The notes under the pieces: generated by a model
Databases searched by the model: none
What the model saw: only the letters and a program-made list of their open reading frames with translations
What the model was told of the DNA's origin: nothing
Source of the DNA: Treponemataceae bacterium
GTDB lineage: Bacteria; Spirochaetota; Spirochaetia; Treponematales; Treponemataceae
NCBI GenBank assembly: GCA_045599005.1
Contig: JAZRVF010000002.1
Span: forward strand, 19,317-83,316
Length of the DNA: 64,000 nucleotides
Direction of reading: 5' to 3'
Made by a program: the position numbers and the translations under genes
Shown here: piece after piece, positions 46,863 to 54,792 of the stretch
Layout: every line of letters starts with the position of its first letter
Position numbering within the stretch: position 1 is the first letter of the stretch

Positions 46863-48752
46863 TCAGTTTCCTTTTTTTCTGTTAAAGAATTTCCTGATTT
46901 TCTCACGGCGGAGGCGTCTTTTTTCTCTGATGGCAAGACGTTCGCCCAGATCACGGGATCCTACACCGTAAACCAGGTACAGCATCAGTCCGGAAACAAT
47001 CATGATAAAAACAGTGGAAGCGCATCTTCGTCCCGAAGCATTGACGTTATAGCCATAGAGTCCTTCCTCCAGACACATCGCCTGGATGACCATTGCATAA
47101 CTGGTGCCGTATGTACTTGCGAATGTAGCAGACATATCGTATTCAGTAAAGAGGGCATTGAAGTTGAGGGCAATGACAGCAAGGACGCTGGGAAGGATGA
47201 TGGGCAGCTTGACCTTGAGGAAAGTGAAGATTGCGGAGGCTCCAAGGTTTTTGGCCGCATCCTCCAGCTCCTCGTCAATGGCATAGAAAGCCGCTTTGAT
47301 CATTCGCAGGCTGAAGGGCAGCTTGACCACCGTGTATGCAATGATTATGAGCAGCCTTACATTGGGGCCGTAATAAAGGTTATTGTTGAAGACATACCAG
47401 ACTTCCTCGCTGTTGAAGTAGGTGCGGTATGAGTAACAGATCAGGATTGTGGGCAGGAGCCAGGGGAAAAGCAGTGAGTATTCAAGCACGGTTCCTGTCT
47501 TTTTGTGCTTGAAGATGTAGGCGCAGGCGATGACTACGATCACGGCGGCAAGGACTGAGGCAACCAGTGAGAGGATGAAACTCATGCTGATACCGCCCAG
47601 TGTGGCGCTGTTTGAGAAAACACCTGAGATTGAACCTTCACGCACTTTATAGGTTCCGCGGGAAGTAAGGTAGGAATAGTCCTGTTTGCCGAAGAAGTTG
47701 ATCAGAGTCCAGTTGCTGAAGTCAATTGTCTTCAGGCGGATGGCACTGTAAGTCTGGAAGGCAAAGATGATGATCATCACAACCGGGGTCATGTAGATGA
47801 CAAAGAGCACATAGGCATAGATGTGGGCAAGGACATTTGCCACAGGGTTTGTGATCTTCTGCTTCTGGAGCTTAGCTTTTGTCTTGGAGACTGAAAGGTA
47901 ATGTCCTTTGCGCTCATAAGAGGAAAGGATTGTGAGCAGGACAATGGTGAAGGTTGCCAGGATGATTGAGAGCAGCGCGGCTCTTGCCTGAGGGAATGAC
48001 TCATCAGCTGTGGAGCTTCCTGCAAGACGCACGATCTCCGGGTTGATTGAGTCAAAGCCCAGGAGCGTAGGTGCTGACATGGCGCAGAGTCCGGTGATGA
48101 AGGTCATTACAGTAAGAGAGAACAGTGTGGGAATCAGTGTGGGGAACACAACCTTGAAAAGAACCTTGAAAGGACTTGCTCCCATGTTGCGGGCTGCTTC
48201 TACAGTGTTGTAGTCAATGTTGCGGATTGCGTTCCGGAGGAAGAGCATGTGGTTGCTGGTACAGGCAAAGGTCATTGTGAAGAGGACGGCCTTGAAGCCG
48301 GAGAACCAGTTGTCGTTGATGCCCGGGAATGAGTTCTTGAGCAATGTGGTGATGATTCCGTCATTGTCGTAGAGGAACATGTAACCGGTGACCAGTGCCA
48401 CACCTGAATAGATCAGGGTTGTCATGTAGCCGACGCGGAGAATGCGGGCGCCCTTTATGTCAAAATATTCCGTGAGAAGAACGATTGAGCAGCCCACAAC
48501 GTTTACGGTCACCACAAGGAAGAGTGCCAGCTTGAGTGAGTTCCACACAAAGCTTCCCATGTTTCCGGCAAGAAAGAATTTGATTACAGCCCAGGGATTT
48601 GCGGAGCCGTCAGGATTCTTTACGCTGAAGATGCTTGTAAGTGTGTTGAGACAGGGCAGCAGCATGAATCCGAAAAACAGGTAGGCAAAGAAGAAGCCTC
48701 CCAGTATGTAAAGCACTGTCTTTGAGTCGAATCTGATTTTTTTCGCTGCCAT
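46863..48752 (-). CDS. ABC transporter permease, fused double-domain (FbpB/ThiP/PotBC-like)
   Basis: 629 aa with about 12 TM helices and two EAA-type loops (…EAARNMGASPFKVLFKVVFP… and …EDAAKNLGASAIFTFLKVKLP…). Confidence 0.85.
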   Translation of the reverse strand: MAAKKIRFDSKTVLYILGGFFFAYLFFGFMLLPCLNTLTSIFSVKNPDGSANPWAVIKFFLAGNMGSFVWNSLKLALFLVVTVNVVGCSIVLLTEYFDIKGARILRVGYMTTLIYSGVALVTGYMFLYDNDGIITTLLKNSFPGINDNWFSGFKAVLFTMTFACTSNHMLFLRNAIRNIDYNTVEAARNMGASPFKVLFKVVFPTLIPTLFSLTVMTFITGLCAMSAPTLLGFDSINPEIVRLAGSSTADESFPQARAALLSIILATFTIVLLTILSSYERKGHYLSVSKTKAKLQKQKITNPVANVLAHIYAYVLFVIYMTPVVMIIIFAFQTYSAIRLKTIDFSNWTLINFFGKQDYSYLTSRGTYKVREGSISGVFSNSATLGGISMSFILSLVASVLAAVIVVIACAYIFKHKKTGTVLEYSLLFPWLLPTILICYSYRTYFNSEEVWYVFNNNLYYGPNVRLLIIIAYTVVKLPFSLRMIKAAFYAIDEELEDAAKNLGASAIFTFLKVKLPIILPSVLAVIALNFNALFTEYDMSATFASTYGTSYAMVIQAMCLEEGLYGYNVNASGRRCASTVFIMIVSGLMLYLVYGVGSRDLGERLAIREKRRLRREKIRKFFNRKKGN

Positions 48753-49799
48753 TTATGCCTCCGCTGTAAAGGATCCGTTCTGGTCCTGGGGAGCGTAAGA
48801 CATGATGTCTTTGGGGTTGAAGAACACCTTCACTCTGTCACCGATATCAAAAGGAGTGCTTCTGTCATTCTTCTCAATCACTTTGATGGACTGGTCTTGA
48901 AGTTTTATCGTGTATTTGATGTAAAGCCCGTAGTATTCCATGCTTTCCACAGAGCCGTCAAAAGAAACGGCATCCGGATCGGTGCAGGAATTCACGTGGA
49001 TGCGTTCAAGTCTGATGTAATGGTGGCTTGCTTTGTCAAGCCTGGTTCCGCCTGCGTTGAGTTTCTCCACAAGACCATCTGAGAGGCGGTTTATGTCACC
49101 GATGAAGTTGCAGACAAACTCTGTGGCGGAATGATTGTAGATCTCGTTGGGTGTACCGATCTGCTCGATGTTTCCTTTGTTGAAGACTGCGATGCGGTCA
49201 GAGAGGGTGAGCGCCTCCTCCTGGTCATGGGTAACATAGATTGATGTGATGCCGAAATCTTTCTGCATCTTCTTAAGCTCGTTGCGGAGCTGGACACGGA
49301 GTTTTGCGTCCAGGTTTGAGAGAGGCTCGTCAAGACAGATGATGGCAGGATTTGTCACAAGGGCGCGGGCAATGGCGACACGCTGCTGCTGTCCGCCGGA
49401 AAGCTGGGAGACCGCTTTTTTCAGCTGCTCGTCAGAGAGATCCACTTTTTTTGCTATGTCGCGGACCATTCTGTCTCTTTCTGCCTTGGGGATTTTCTTG
49501 ATCTTAAGACCGAATTCAATGTTGTCGTAAACGGTCATTGTGGGAAACAGTGCGTAGCTCTGGAAAACGATACCGATATTGCGCTTCTCGATGGGGACAT
49601 GGGTAATGTCCTGGTCCTTCATGAGGACAGTGCCTTCTGCCGGTTCAATGAATCCTGTGATAGTGCGGAGTGTTGTTGTCTTTCCGCAGCCGGAAGGTCC
49701 GAGAAAAGTGAAGAATTCGCCTTCTTTAACGTGTACGTTGATTTTGTTGAGAGCTGTGAAACTGTCAAACTTTACAACAATGTCATTAAGTTTAATCAT
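48753..49799 (-). CDS. ABC transporter ATP-binding protein (PotA/FbpC-like with C-terminal regulatory domain)
   Basis: [37 protein letters not shown], and a TOBE-like C-terminal region. Confidence 0.9.
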   Translation of the reverse strand: MIKLNDIVVKFDSFTALNKINVHVKEGEFFTFLGPSGCGKTTTLRTITGFIEPAEGTVLMKDQDITHVPIEKRNIGIVFQSYALFPTMTVYDNIEFGLKIKKIPKAERDRMVRDIAKKVDLSDEQLKKAVSQLSGGQQQRVAIARALVTNPAIICLDEPLSNLDAKLRVQLRNELKKMQKDFGITSIYVTHDQEEALTLSDRIAVFNKGNIEQIGTPNEIYNHSATEFVCNFIGDINRLSDGLVEKLNAGGTRLDKASHHYIRLERIHVNSCTDPDAVSFDGSVESMEYYGLYIKYTIKLQDQSIKVIEKNDRSTPFDIGDRVKVFFNPKDIMSYAPQDQNGSFTAEA

Positions 49800-49900
49800 A
49801 CTGCTTCCTTGAATGTTTATTCATGTCCTGTTCTGACATGTTGACAATGGTAAAAAAAAGGGGCTGCCCCTTGAGACAGTCCCTTCCTGAGTGTCAGAGA

Positions 49901-51121
49901 TTATTTTTTCTGAGTGAGTGTTGCCCAGTCCAGACTGTTCCAGTCAGGTTCTGCAACTGCTTTTGATGCGTCTGCCCAGTAGAATCCCAGGTTTGTCATG
50001 ATGTTTGTCCATTCTGAGGAATGAGCTGCAACGTATGATGCGTAGTTCATGTCTGTTCCGGGAACTGTCTTAAGAGCAAAGTTCTTGATTGTGTAGATTA
50101 CGGGAATGTCATCACCGTAAACTGCGTGTGATGCGTCAGCGTTACAGGGGTATGAGTCGAATTCCTCTGACCATGCTGCCTGTGTCTCACCGCTTCCGAA
50201 CCATTCAACAAATGCTTTTACAGCTTCTGTCTGCTCTGCGGTGCGTCCTGCTTTGTCAACGATACCGATGTACTCAGCGATGTAGTATGTTCCGTCCTCA
50301 ATGTCAACCAGTTTCCAGTTGCTTGATGTGATGGGGTTCTTTGAACCTTCTGCAGCTGCATCGATCTTTCCGTACAGTGAGCTTGAATAGAATGTTGAGA
50401 CCTGTACATCACCGCGGTTGAGAGGATCGAATCCGTAGGAATCACCTGTGAAGTTACCGTTTGCACAGTAGTTCCAGAGTTTCTTCCAGCCTTCCACTGT
50501 GATACCACCGGCAGGGGATGTGGGGTCTGTGTAGGGATAAAGCATTGAGTTGTTGATGTTTGCGTTTGTTGTTCCACCTACTTTACCCTGGCGGTACCAT
50601 TTGTAACCGGAGTCAGAGATGTCTGACCAGTGCTGGAAGTGGAGATCTTTTCCGTTTGTTCCAAGTGCGTCTGTTCTGTAGAGCATCAGGATGTTCTGGA
50701 TCACAAGACCGTAAGCTTTTCCGTCAAATTTGAAGTCTCCCAGTTTGTCAGCCCATGAAGGTGTGAATTCTGCGAGTCTGATGTTCTCGTATGTTCCGTT
50801 GATCAGCTGTCCCCAGCGTGTCTCGTTGAGTCCGAAGATAACGTCACCGTCTTTGTTCTCGTTTGCAGCCTGAACTGCAGCTGTGTCGCCGGAAATAACA
50901 GAGTTGTCGTCAATGGAGATCTTGAATCCTGCTTTTGCGGCAGCATTGATCAGCCATGTTGTGCGTTCTGTTGAGTTAGAGTTTGAGTAGATGCGGATTG
51001 TGTAGTTTGAGTAATCCTTTGCTTTTTCTGCTGCTACTGCAGGGGCTGCTTCTTTCTTACCGCCTGCGAAAGCGCTGAAGATACATGCAACTGCTGCGAG
51101 CACTGCAAGTGTTTTTTTCAT
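49901..51121 (-). CDS. ABC transporter substrate-binding protein (probable lipoprotein), substrate unknown
   Basis: MKKTLAVLAAVACIFSAFAGG is a signal peptide with a possible lipobox Cys. 406 aa; first gene of the operon, with a GGAGG RBS. Confidence 0.7.
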   Translation of the reverse strand: MKKTLAVLAAVACIFSAFAGGKKEAAPAVAAEKAKDYSNYTIRIYSNSNSTERTTWLINAAAKAGFKISIDDNSVISGDTAAVQAANENKDGDVIFGLNETRWGQLINGTYENIRLAEFTPSWADKLGDFKFDGKAYGLVIQNILMLYRTDALGTNGKDLHFQHWSDISDSGYKWYRQGKVGGTTNANINNSMLYPYTDPTSPAGGITVEGWKKLWNYCANGNFTGDSYGFDPLNRGDVQVSTFYSSSLYGKIDAAAEGSKNPITSSNWKLVDIEDGTYYIAEYIGIVDKAGRTAEQTEAVKAFVEWFGSGETQAAWSEEFDSYPCNADASHAVYGDDIPVIYTIKNFALKTVPGTDMNYASYVAAHSSEWTNIMTNLGFYWADASKAVAEPDWNSLDWATLTQKK

Positions 51122-51344
51122 GGGTATTTCCTCCTGTGAACCGATGATGGATTCAGTATAATGCCAGCAGCTTCAATCAATAAGGTGAAAAATCTGCTTT
51201 TTTGTCGACAATTCTGCACTGTGTAAGCCGCTTTCTCCCTTCCTTTTTTTTTACATGTTTGGTTTTTTTTCTCCGTTTTTTGATTTTTTCGGAAGTTTCT
51301 GCATATAAGAATTTATGTGAGTTTTTTTTTGAGGATGCTGTGGA

Positions 51345-52217
51345 ATGAAGAAAAAATATGACGAACTGACTTTTGTTGATGATTTTCTTTTCTCTCTGAT
51401 CATGCAGGACGAGGAGATCTGCAAGGGAGTGATTGAGGTGCTTCTCGGGATCCGGGCTGACCACATCGAGTATGTGAACACCCAGCAGGAGAAGAAGTTT
51501 GATGTGGAGGCCCATGGTGTGCGTTTTGACGTGTACATTAAGGACAGTGACAGGATCTTTGACATTGAGATCCAGACTGAGGTCAATGACGGGCTTCTTA
51601 AGCGGGGCAGGTATTATCAGACGATGATCGATATGGACTCTTTCTATGCCGGGCGTGATTATACGGAACTGAAGGAGTCCTACGTGATCTTCATCTGTCT
51701 TGATGATCCCTTTGACCTGGAGTATCCGGTATACACATTCAAACGGGGCATTGTGGAGGCACCGCCTGAAACAGTGTTTGAATATGATGACGAAACGAAC
51801 ATTGTGTTTTATAATGCGGGAGAGTGGGCCAAGTCTGAAAAGCCGGAACTCAGGAAGTTCCTGAGATATCTGAAGACCAGTTCTGTTGCAGAGGAAAGCC
51901 CGCTGGTCAGCAGGATAGAGACTGCTGTCCGGCATTCAAAGCGGAATGAGAAATGGAGGCGGAACTTTATGACACTGGCCATGAAACTTGACGAGGCGCG
52001 TGCGGAAGGACGCGAGAAAGGACGCAAGGAAGGACTGCTGGAAGGACGCGAGAAAGGTCTGCTGGAAGGGGCGGCTGCTCAGAATGCTGAGGTTGCCCGG
52101 CGGCTGGTTGCCGATGGTGTGTCAGATGATCTTGTCTGCAAGTATACAGGGCTATCTCTCCGGGAAGTGGAGGAACTTAGGAGCTCTGCTTCATGTCCGG
52201 CATTCAAAGCGGAATGA
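51345..52217 (+). CDS. Rpn-family recombination-promoting nuclease / putative transposase (PD-(D/E)XK, TIGR01784-like)
   Basis: …LTFVDDFLFSLIM…, …RFDVYIKDSDRIFDIEIQ… (a D…E-x-Q/K nuclease core), …GRYYQTMI…, and a C-terminal EGREKG-repeat tail with an HTH-like LVADGVSDDLVCKYTGLSLREVEEL. Confidence 0.7.
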   Translation: MKKKYDELTFVDDFLFSLIMQDEEICKGVIEVLLGIRADHIEYVNTQQEKKFDVEAHGVRFDVYIKDSDRIFDIEIQTEVNDGLLKRGRYYQTMIDMDSFYAGRDYTELKESYVIFICLDDPFDLEYPVYTFKRGIVEAPPETVFEYDDETNIVFYNAGEWAKSEKPELRKFLRYLKTSSVAEESPLVSRIETAVRHSKRNEKWRRNFMTLAMKLDEARAEGREKGRKEGLLEGREKGLLEGAAAQNAEVARRLVADGVSDDLVCKYTGLSLREVEELRSSASCPAFKAE

Positions 52218-52449
52218 GAAATGGAGGCGGAACTTTATGACACTGGCCATGAAACTTGACGAGGCGCGTGCGGAAGGACGCGAGAAAGGTCTGCTGGAAG
52301 GTCGCAAGGAAGGACTGCTGGAAGGGGCGGCTGCGGTTGCCCGGCGGCTGGTTGCCGATGGTGTGTCAGATGATCTTGTCTGCAAGTATACAGGGCTATC
52401 TCTCCAGGAAGTGGAGGAACTTAGGGACACCGCTATCACAGAGCAGTGA
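51927..52449 (+). repeat. Tandem direct duplication (~268 + ~255 bp) of the Rpn C-terminal module
   Basis: GTCCGGCATTCAAAGCGGAATGAGAAATGGAGGCGGAACTTTATGACACTGGCCATGAAACTTGACGAGGCGCGTGCGGAAGGACGCGAGAAAGG occurs at both 51927 and 52195. The copies differ by indels in the EGR(E/K)KGLLEG mini-repeat region and by a 12-nt segment. Confidence 0.9.
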
Positions 52450-52603
52450 CGCAGATGATGTCCTGTATGAAACACCGCAAAAAAAAATAGGCCGCACTCT
52501 GTCACCGTGGTGAATGAAGTGCAGCCTTCTGCCTATGCGGCTCTGGTTTGTTAAGTCCGTTTCATAACGGCTCTGGTGTCTGCTGGGAAATACTGTGTTT
52601 TGG

Positions 52604-52632
52604 TTGCAATCAAATCCGATAAGTAATACTAT
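52604..52632 (+). promoter_or_regulatory. Putative promoter of the ATPase/TOPRIM-like pair (short or absent leader)
   Basis: TTGCAA (52604-52609), a 17-nt spacer, TACTAT (52627-52632). ATG 52639 lies only 6 nt downstream and has no SD. Confidence 0.35.
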
Positions 52633-52638
52633 GTAAAT

Positions 52639-53895
52639 ATGATAAAGTCTTTTTCTGCTTCGAATTATAAAAACATAGAAGCCGATGATCTTGAATTCGG
52701 TAAGGTAAATATTCTTATTGGTCCAAACAATGTAGGTAAGACAAATTTCATTCAGGCTGTTTCTTTTCTGTCTCAGGTTCTCAGAAAAACTGCAGAGCCC
52801 AACGGAAATTCCTGTTTTCTCAGTCATCTTGGTGATCTGGGATGGTCGCGGATACTGAAAAAAGGTGCTGATTCAAGAGTTGTTTCTTTTAAGTGGGATA
52901 TAGAGATCGGCTCCCAACGGCTTTCTTATGTTTTTGATTTTAATGTGGGAATAAATTCTTTTGAGGATTTCAGGATCATCAAAGAAGAGCTGACAGAATC
53001 TTTTACGAGAGGCCAATACGCTGAACCCTATAATTATTTTAAATGTCATTCCCAGTCAATAGGACAGGGTGTTTTTTCCTCAGCAACAAAAAAAGGTCAG
53101 GCTAACCGGCGCATTCAGTTTGAACTGGACAGTCATGAAACAATTTTTAAACAGTTTAAGGATATTCTGATTGCGAATGAGGAAATTTATGATGATCCAC
53201 TGGTCAGAAAAAATGTCGGCGAACTGGTGAAAAAGATAGAAGATTATTTTGCCCGTTTCTGCTGCTGTTCCTGTGCCCAGCTGAATCTTCAGAAAATCAG
53301 GGAATCTGTTCCTCTTGTCAGTCATGACACTTTTCTTAAGTCGGACGGTTCGAACTTTACTTCAATCTATAATCTGTTCAAATCCCGTAATCTTAACTGG
53401 CACATAGATTATGTTGAAAGAATGAAACAGCTTATGCCGGATCTGAAACTGGCGGACGTTGTCAGCGAATTTGAAAAACTTTGTTTTAAGCTCTCCTTCG
53501 GGGACGGAACCTTTGATCTGTCGGAGCTTTCTGACGGAACAATAAAAGCCCTTGTCCTCAACCTGCTCATAAACATGCCCCACGAGGAATCAAAGTCCTT
53601 GCTTGCGATTGACGAGCCTGAATCAAATCTGCACCCTGCCTGGCAGAAGGTTGTTGGACAGTGGATCCTGAATTCCAATTCTTTCAGTCAATGTTTTATC
53701 AGTACCCATTCTCCTGATTTTCTCGATTCCTTTACAGAAGATTTCAAGACCGGCAAAGTGGATGTGTTTGTTTTTTCAGCAGAAGGAAAAATCAGGAACA
53801 TTTCCTACGACAGCATAAAGGAAGATCTGGGAAATTGGGAACTTGGTGACCTGTACAGAACAAACGATCCTGCACTTGGTGGCTGGCCGTGGTAG
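52639..53895 (+). CDS. ABC/SMC-like AAA_15/AAA_21-type ATPase (OLD/AriA/PtuA-like ATPase module)
   Basis: N-terminal …LEFGKVNILIGPNNVGKTNFIQAV (Walker A aa 28-35), a long inserted helical region, signature-like LSDGTIKAL, Walker B LLAIDEPESNLHP, and STHSPDFLD (H-loop). Confidence 0.75.
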   Translation: MIKSFSASNYKNIEADDLEFGKVNILIGPNNVGKTNFIQAVSFLSQVLRKTAEPNGNSCFLSHLGDLGWSRILKKGADSRVVSFKWDIEIGSQRLSYVFDFNVGINSFEDFRIIKEELTESFTRGQYAEPYNYFKCHSQSIGQGVFSSATKKGQANRRIQFELDSHETIFKQFKDILIANEEIYDDPLVRKNVGELVKKIEDYFARFCCCSCAQLNLQKIRESVPLVSHDTFLKSDGSNFTSIYNLFKSRNLNWHIDYVERMKQLMPDLKLADVVSEFEKLCFKLSFGDGTFDLSELSDGTIKALVLNLLINMPHEESKSLLAIDEPESNLHPAWQKVVGQWILNSNSFSQCFISTHSPDFLDSFTEDFKTGKVDVFVFSAEGKIRNISYDSIKEDLGNWELGDLYRTNDPALGGWPW

Positions 53896-54719
53896 ACAGA
53901 GAGTTTGTCCCCTGTTTTTTTACCGGCGGCTATACTGAAGCCGGAGAGATGCAGCAGTTTCTCAGAAAGATCAATGACAGATTTTCTTACAGACAGTGTT
54001 TCCCGAATAAAACAAAGAAAAGAAAGGGAATGCCGAAAGAAATCTCTTCCGAATTCAGTGGTCTTACCGGGGATTCTCTGATTGAAAAAGTTGTAAGCAT
54101 TCTGGAAAAACATAAGACGGATGAGGAATATTCATCATGCAGATTTCTGATAATTGAGGATGATCTTGATTTTCGCTTCAAGAATATGGATGAAGAACAG
54201 AAGAAAGAAGATCTGGAAGCGACTGTTCAGAAAATTCAGAAGGTTCTGCCTGGTGTGAAAGTTCTGTTCCTGTTTGCCTGCCCGGAAATAGAATCCTGGT
54301 TTATTGCCGATTGGAATAATGGTTTCGGTTGTGTAAGTGAAGATTCTCCTTTTCTGAGTAATCTGAAAAATAAAACGAAGAAAATGTTTCTCCATGAATT
54401 GAAGCTTGAGATTGATGAAACGCTGCTGAAAGGATGCAATGGTAATCCGGAAGAATTTCCAGAGGTGAATGAGGATTCGGTAAAATTGAGTGAAGCAATC
54501 CAGGGATTTGTAAAGACAGATGTTCCCAGCCGTATAAAGAGTAACAATTCTTCTGTTTTTTCAGAAATATCAGCAGCGGAAGACATCTGTTACTCAAAAA
54601 GAAGACACGGTTCCTTCATGCTGAGGTGCATAAAACCGGAGGAAGTGAAAAAACACTGCCGGCTGTACTTTGCGGGGTTCTATGAGGAGCTGAGAGGAAG
54701 GGAAAAGGGAAAAGGCTGA
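53889..54719 (+). CDS. TOPRIM-like / DUF4276-type protein (putative nuclease partner of the ATPase)
   Basis: The GTG start overlaps the ATPase stop (GTGGTAG). FFTGGYTEAGE (N-terminal Glu), FLIIEDDLD (acidic DxD-like) and ACPEIESWFIADW appear in the order seen in DUF4276/DUF4435/OLD-TOPRIM modules. Family call is by eye only. Confidence 0.5.
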   Translation: MVDREFVPCFFTGGYTEAGEMQQFLRKINDRFSYRQCFPNKTKKRKGMPKEISSEFSGLTGDSLIEKVVSILEKHKTDEEYSSCRFLIIEDDLDFRFKNMDEEQKKEDLEATVQKIQKVLPGVKVLFLFACPEIESWFIADWNNGFGCVSEDSPFLSNLKNKTKKMFLHELKLEIDETLLKGCNGNPEEFPEVNEDSVKLSEAIQGFVKTDVPSRIKSNNSSVFSEISAAEDICYSKRRHGSFMLRCIKPEEVKKHCRLYFAGFYEELRGREKGKG

Positions 54720-54792
54720 TTTTTCTGAAAGGGTGTGGAGGAGATTTAAATTAGCACTTTAAATCGCCACCATAGTCTGATATATTAAAACT

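Noticed and set aside
51140-51175. TPP-riboswitch-like string GAACCGATGATGGATTCAGTATAATGCCAGCAGC near an ABC-importer start
   Set aside because: The resemblance to the ACCUGAUCUGGAUAAUGCCAGCG core is only partial. The CUGAGA box is missing. The orientation is plus strand, antisense to the operon it would have to control.
51177-51935. 252-aa minus-strand ORF antisense to the Rpn-family gene
   Set aside because: It has no recognisable motifs and a low-complexity K/L-rich start in the poly-T/A intergenic region. It fully overlaps a plus-strand gene with clear family motifs.
51988-52449. Track ORF encoding MTRRVRKDARKD… as an independent gene
   Set aside because: Its first ~70 codons are an out-of-frame reading of duplication copy 1. 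Only the 3' part (copy 2 of the Rpn tail) is meaningful. It is treated as part of the tandem duplication.
43254-52450. tRNA-Leu as the integration site of the AT-rich island
   Set aside because: The tRNA lies about 9 kb from the compositional break. It is separated from it by normal-GC housekeeping genes (gap, nitroreductase, an ABC operon). No repeat of the tRNA 3' end was noticed.
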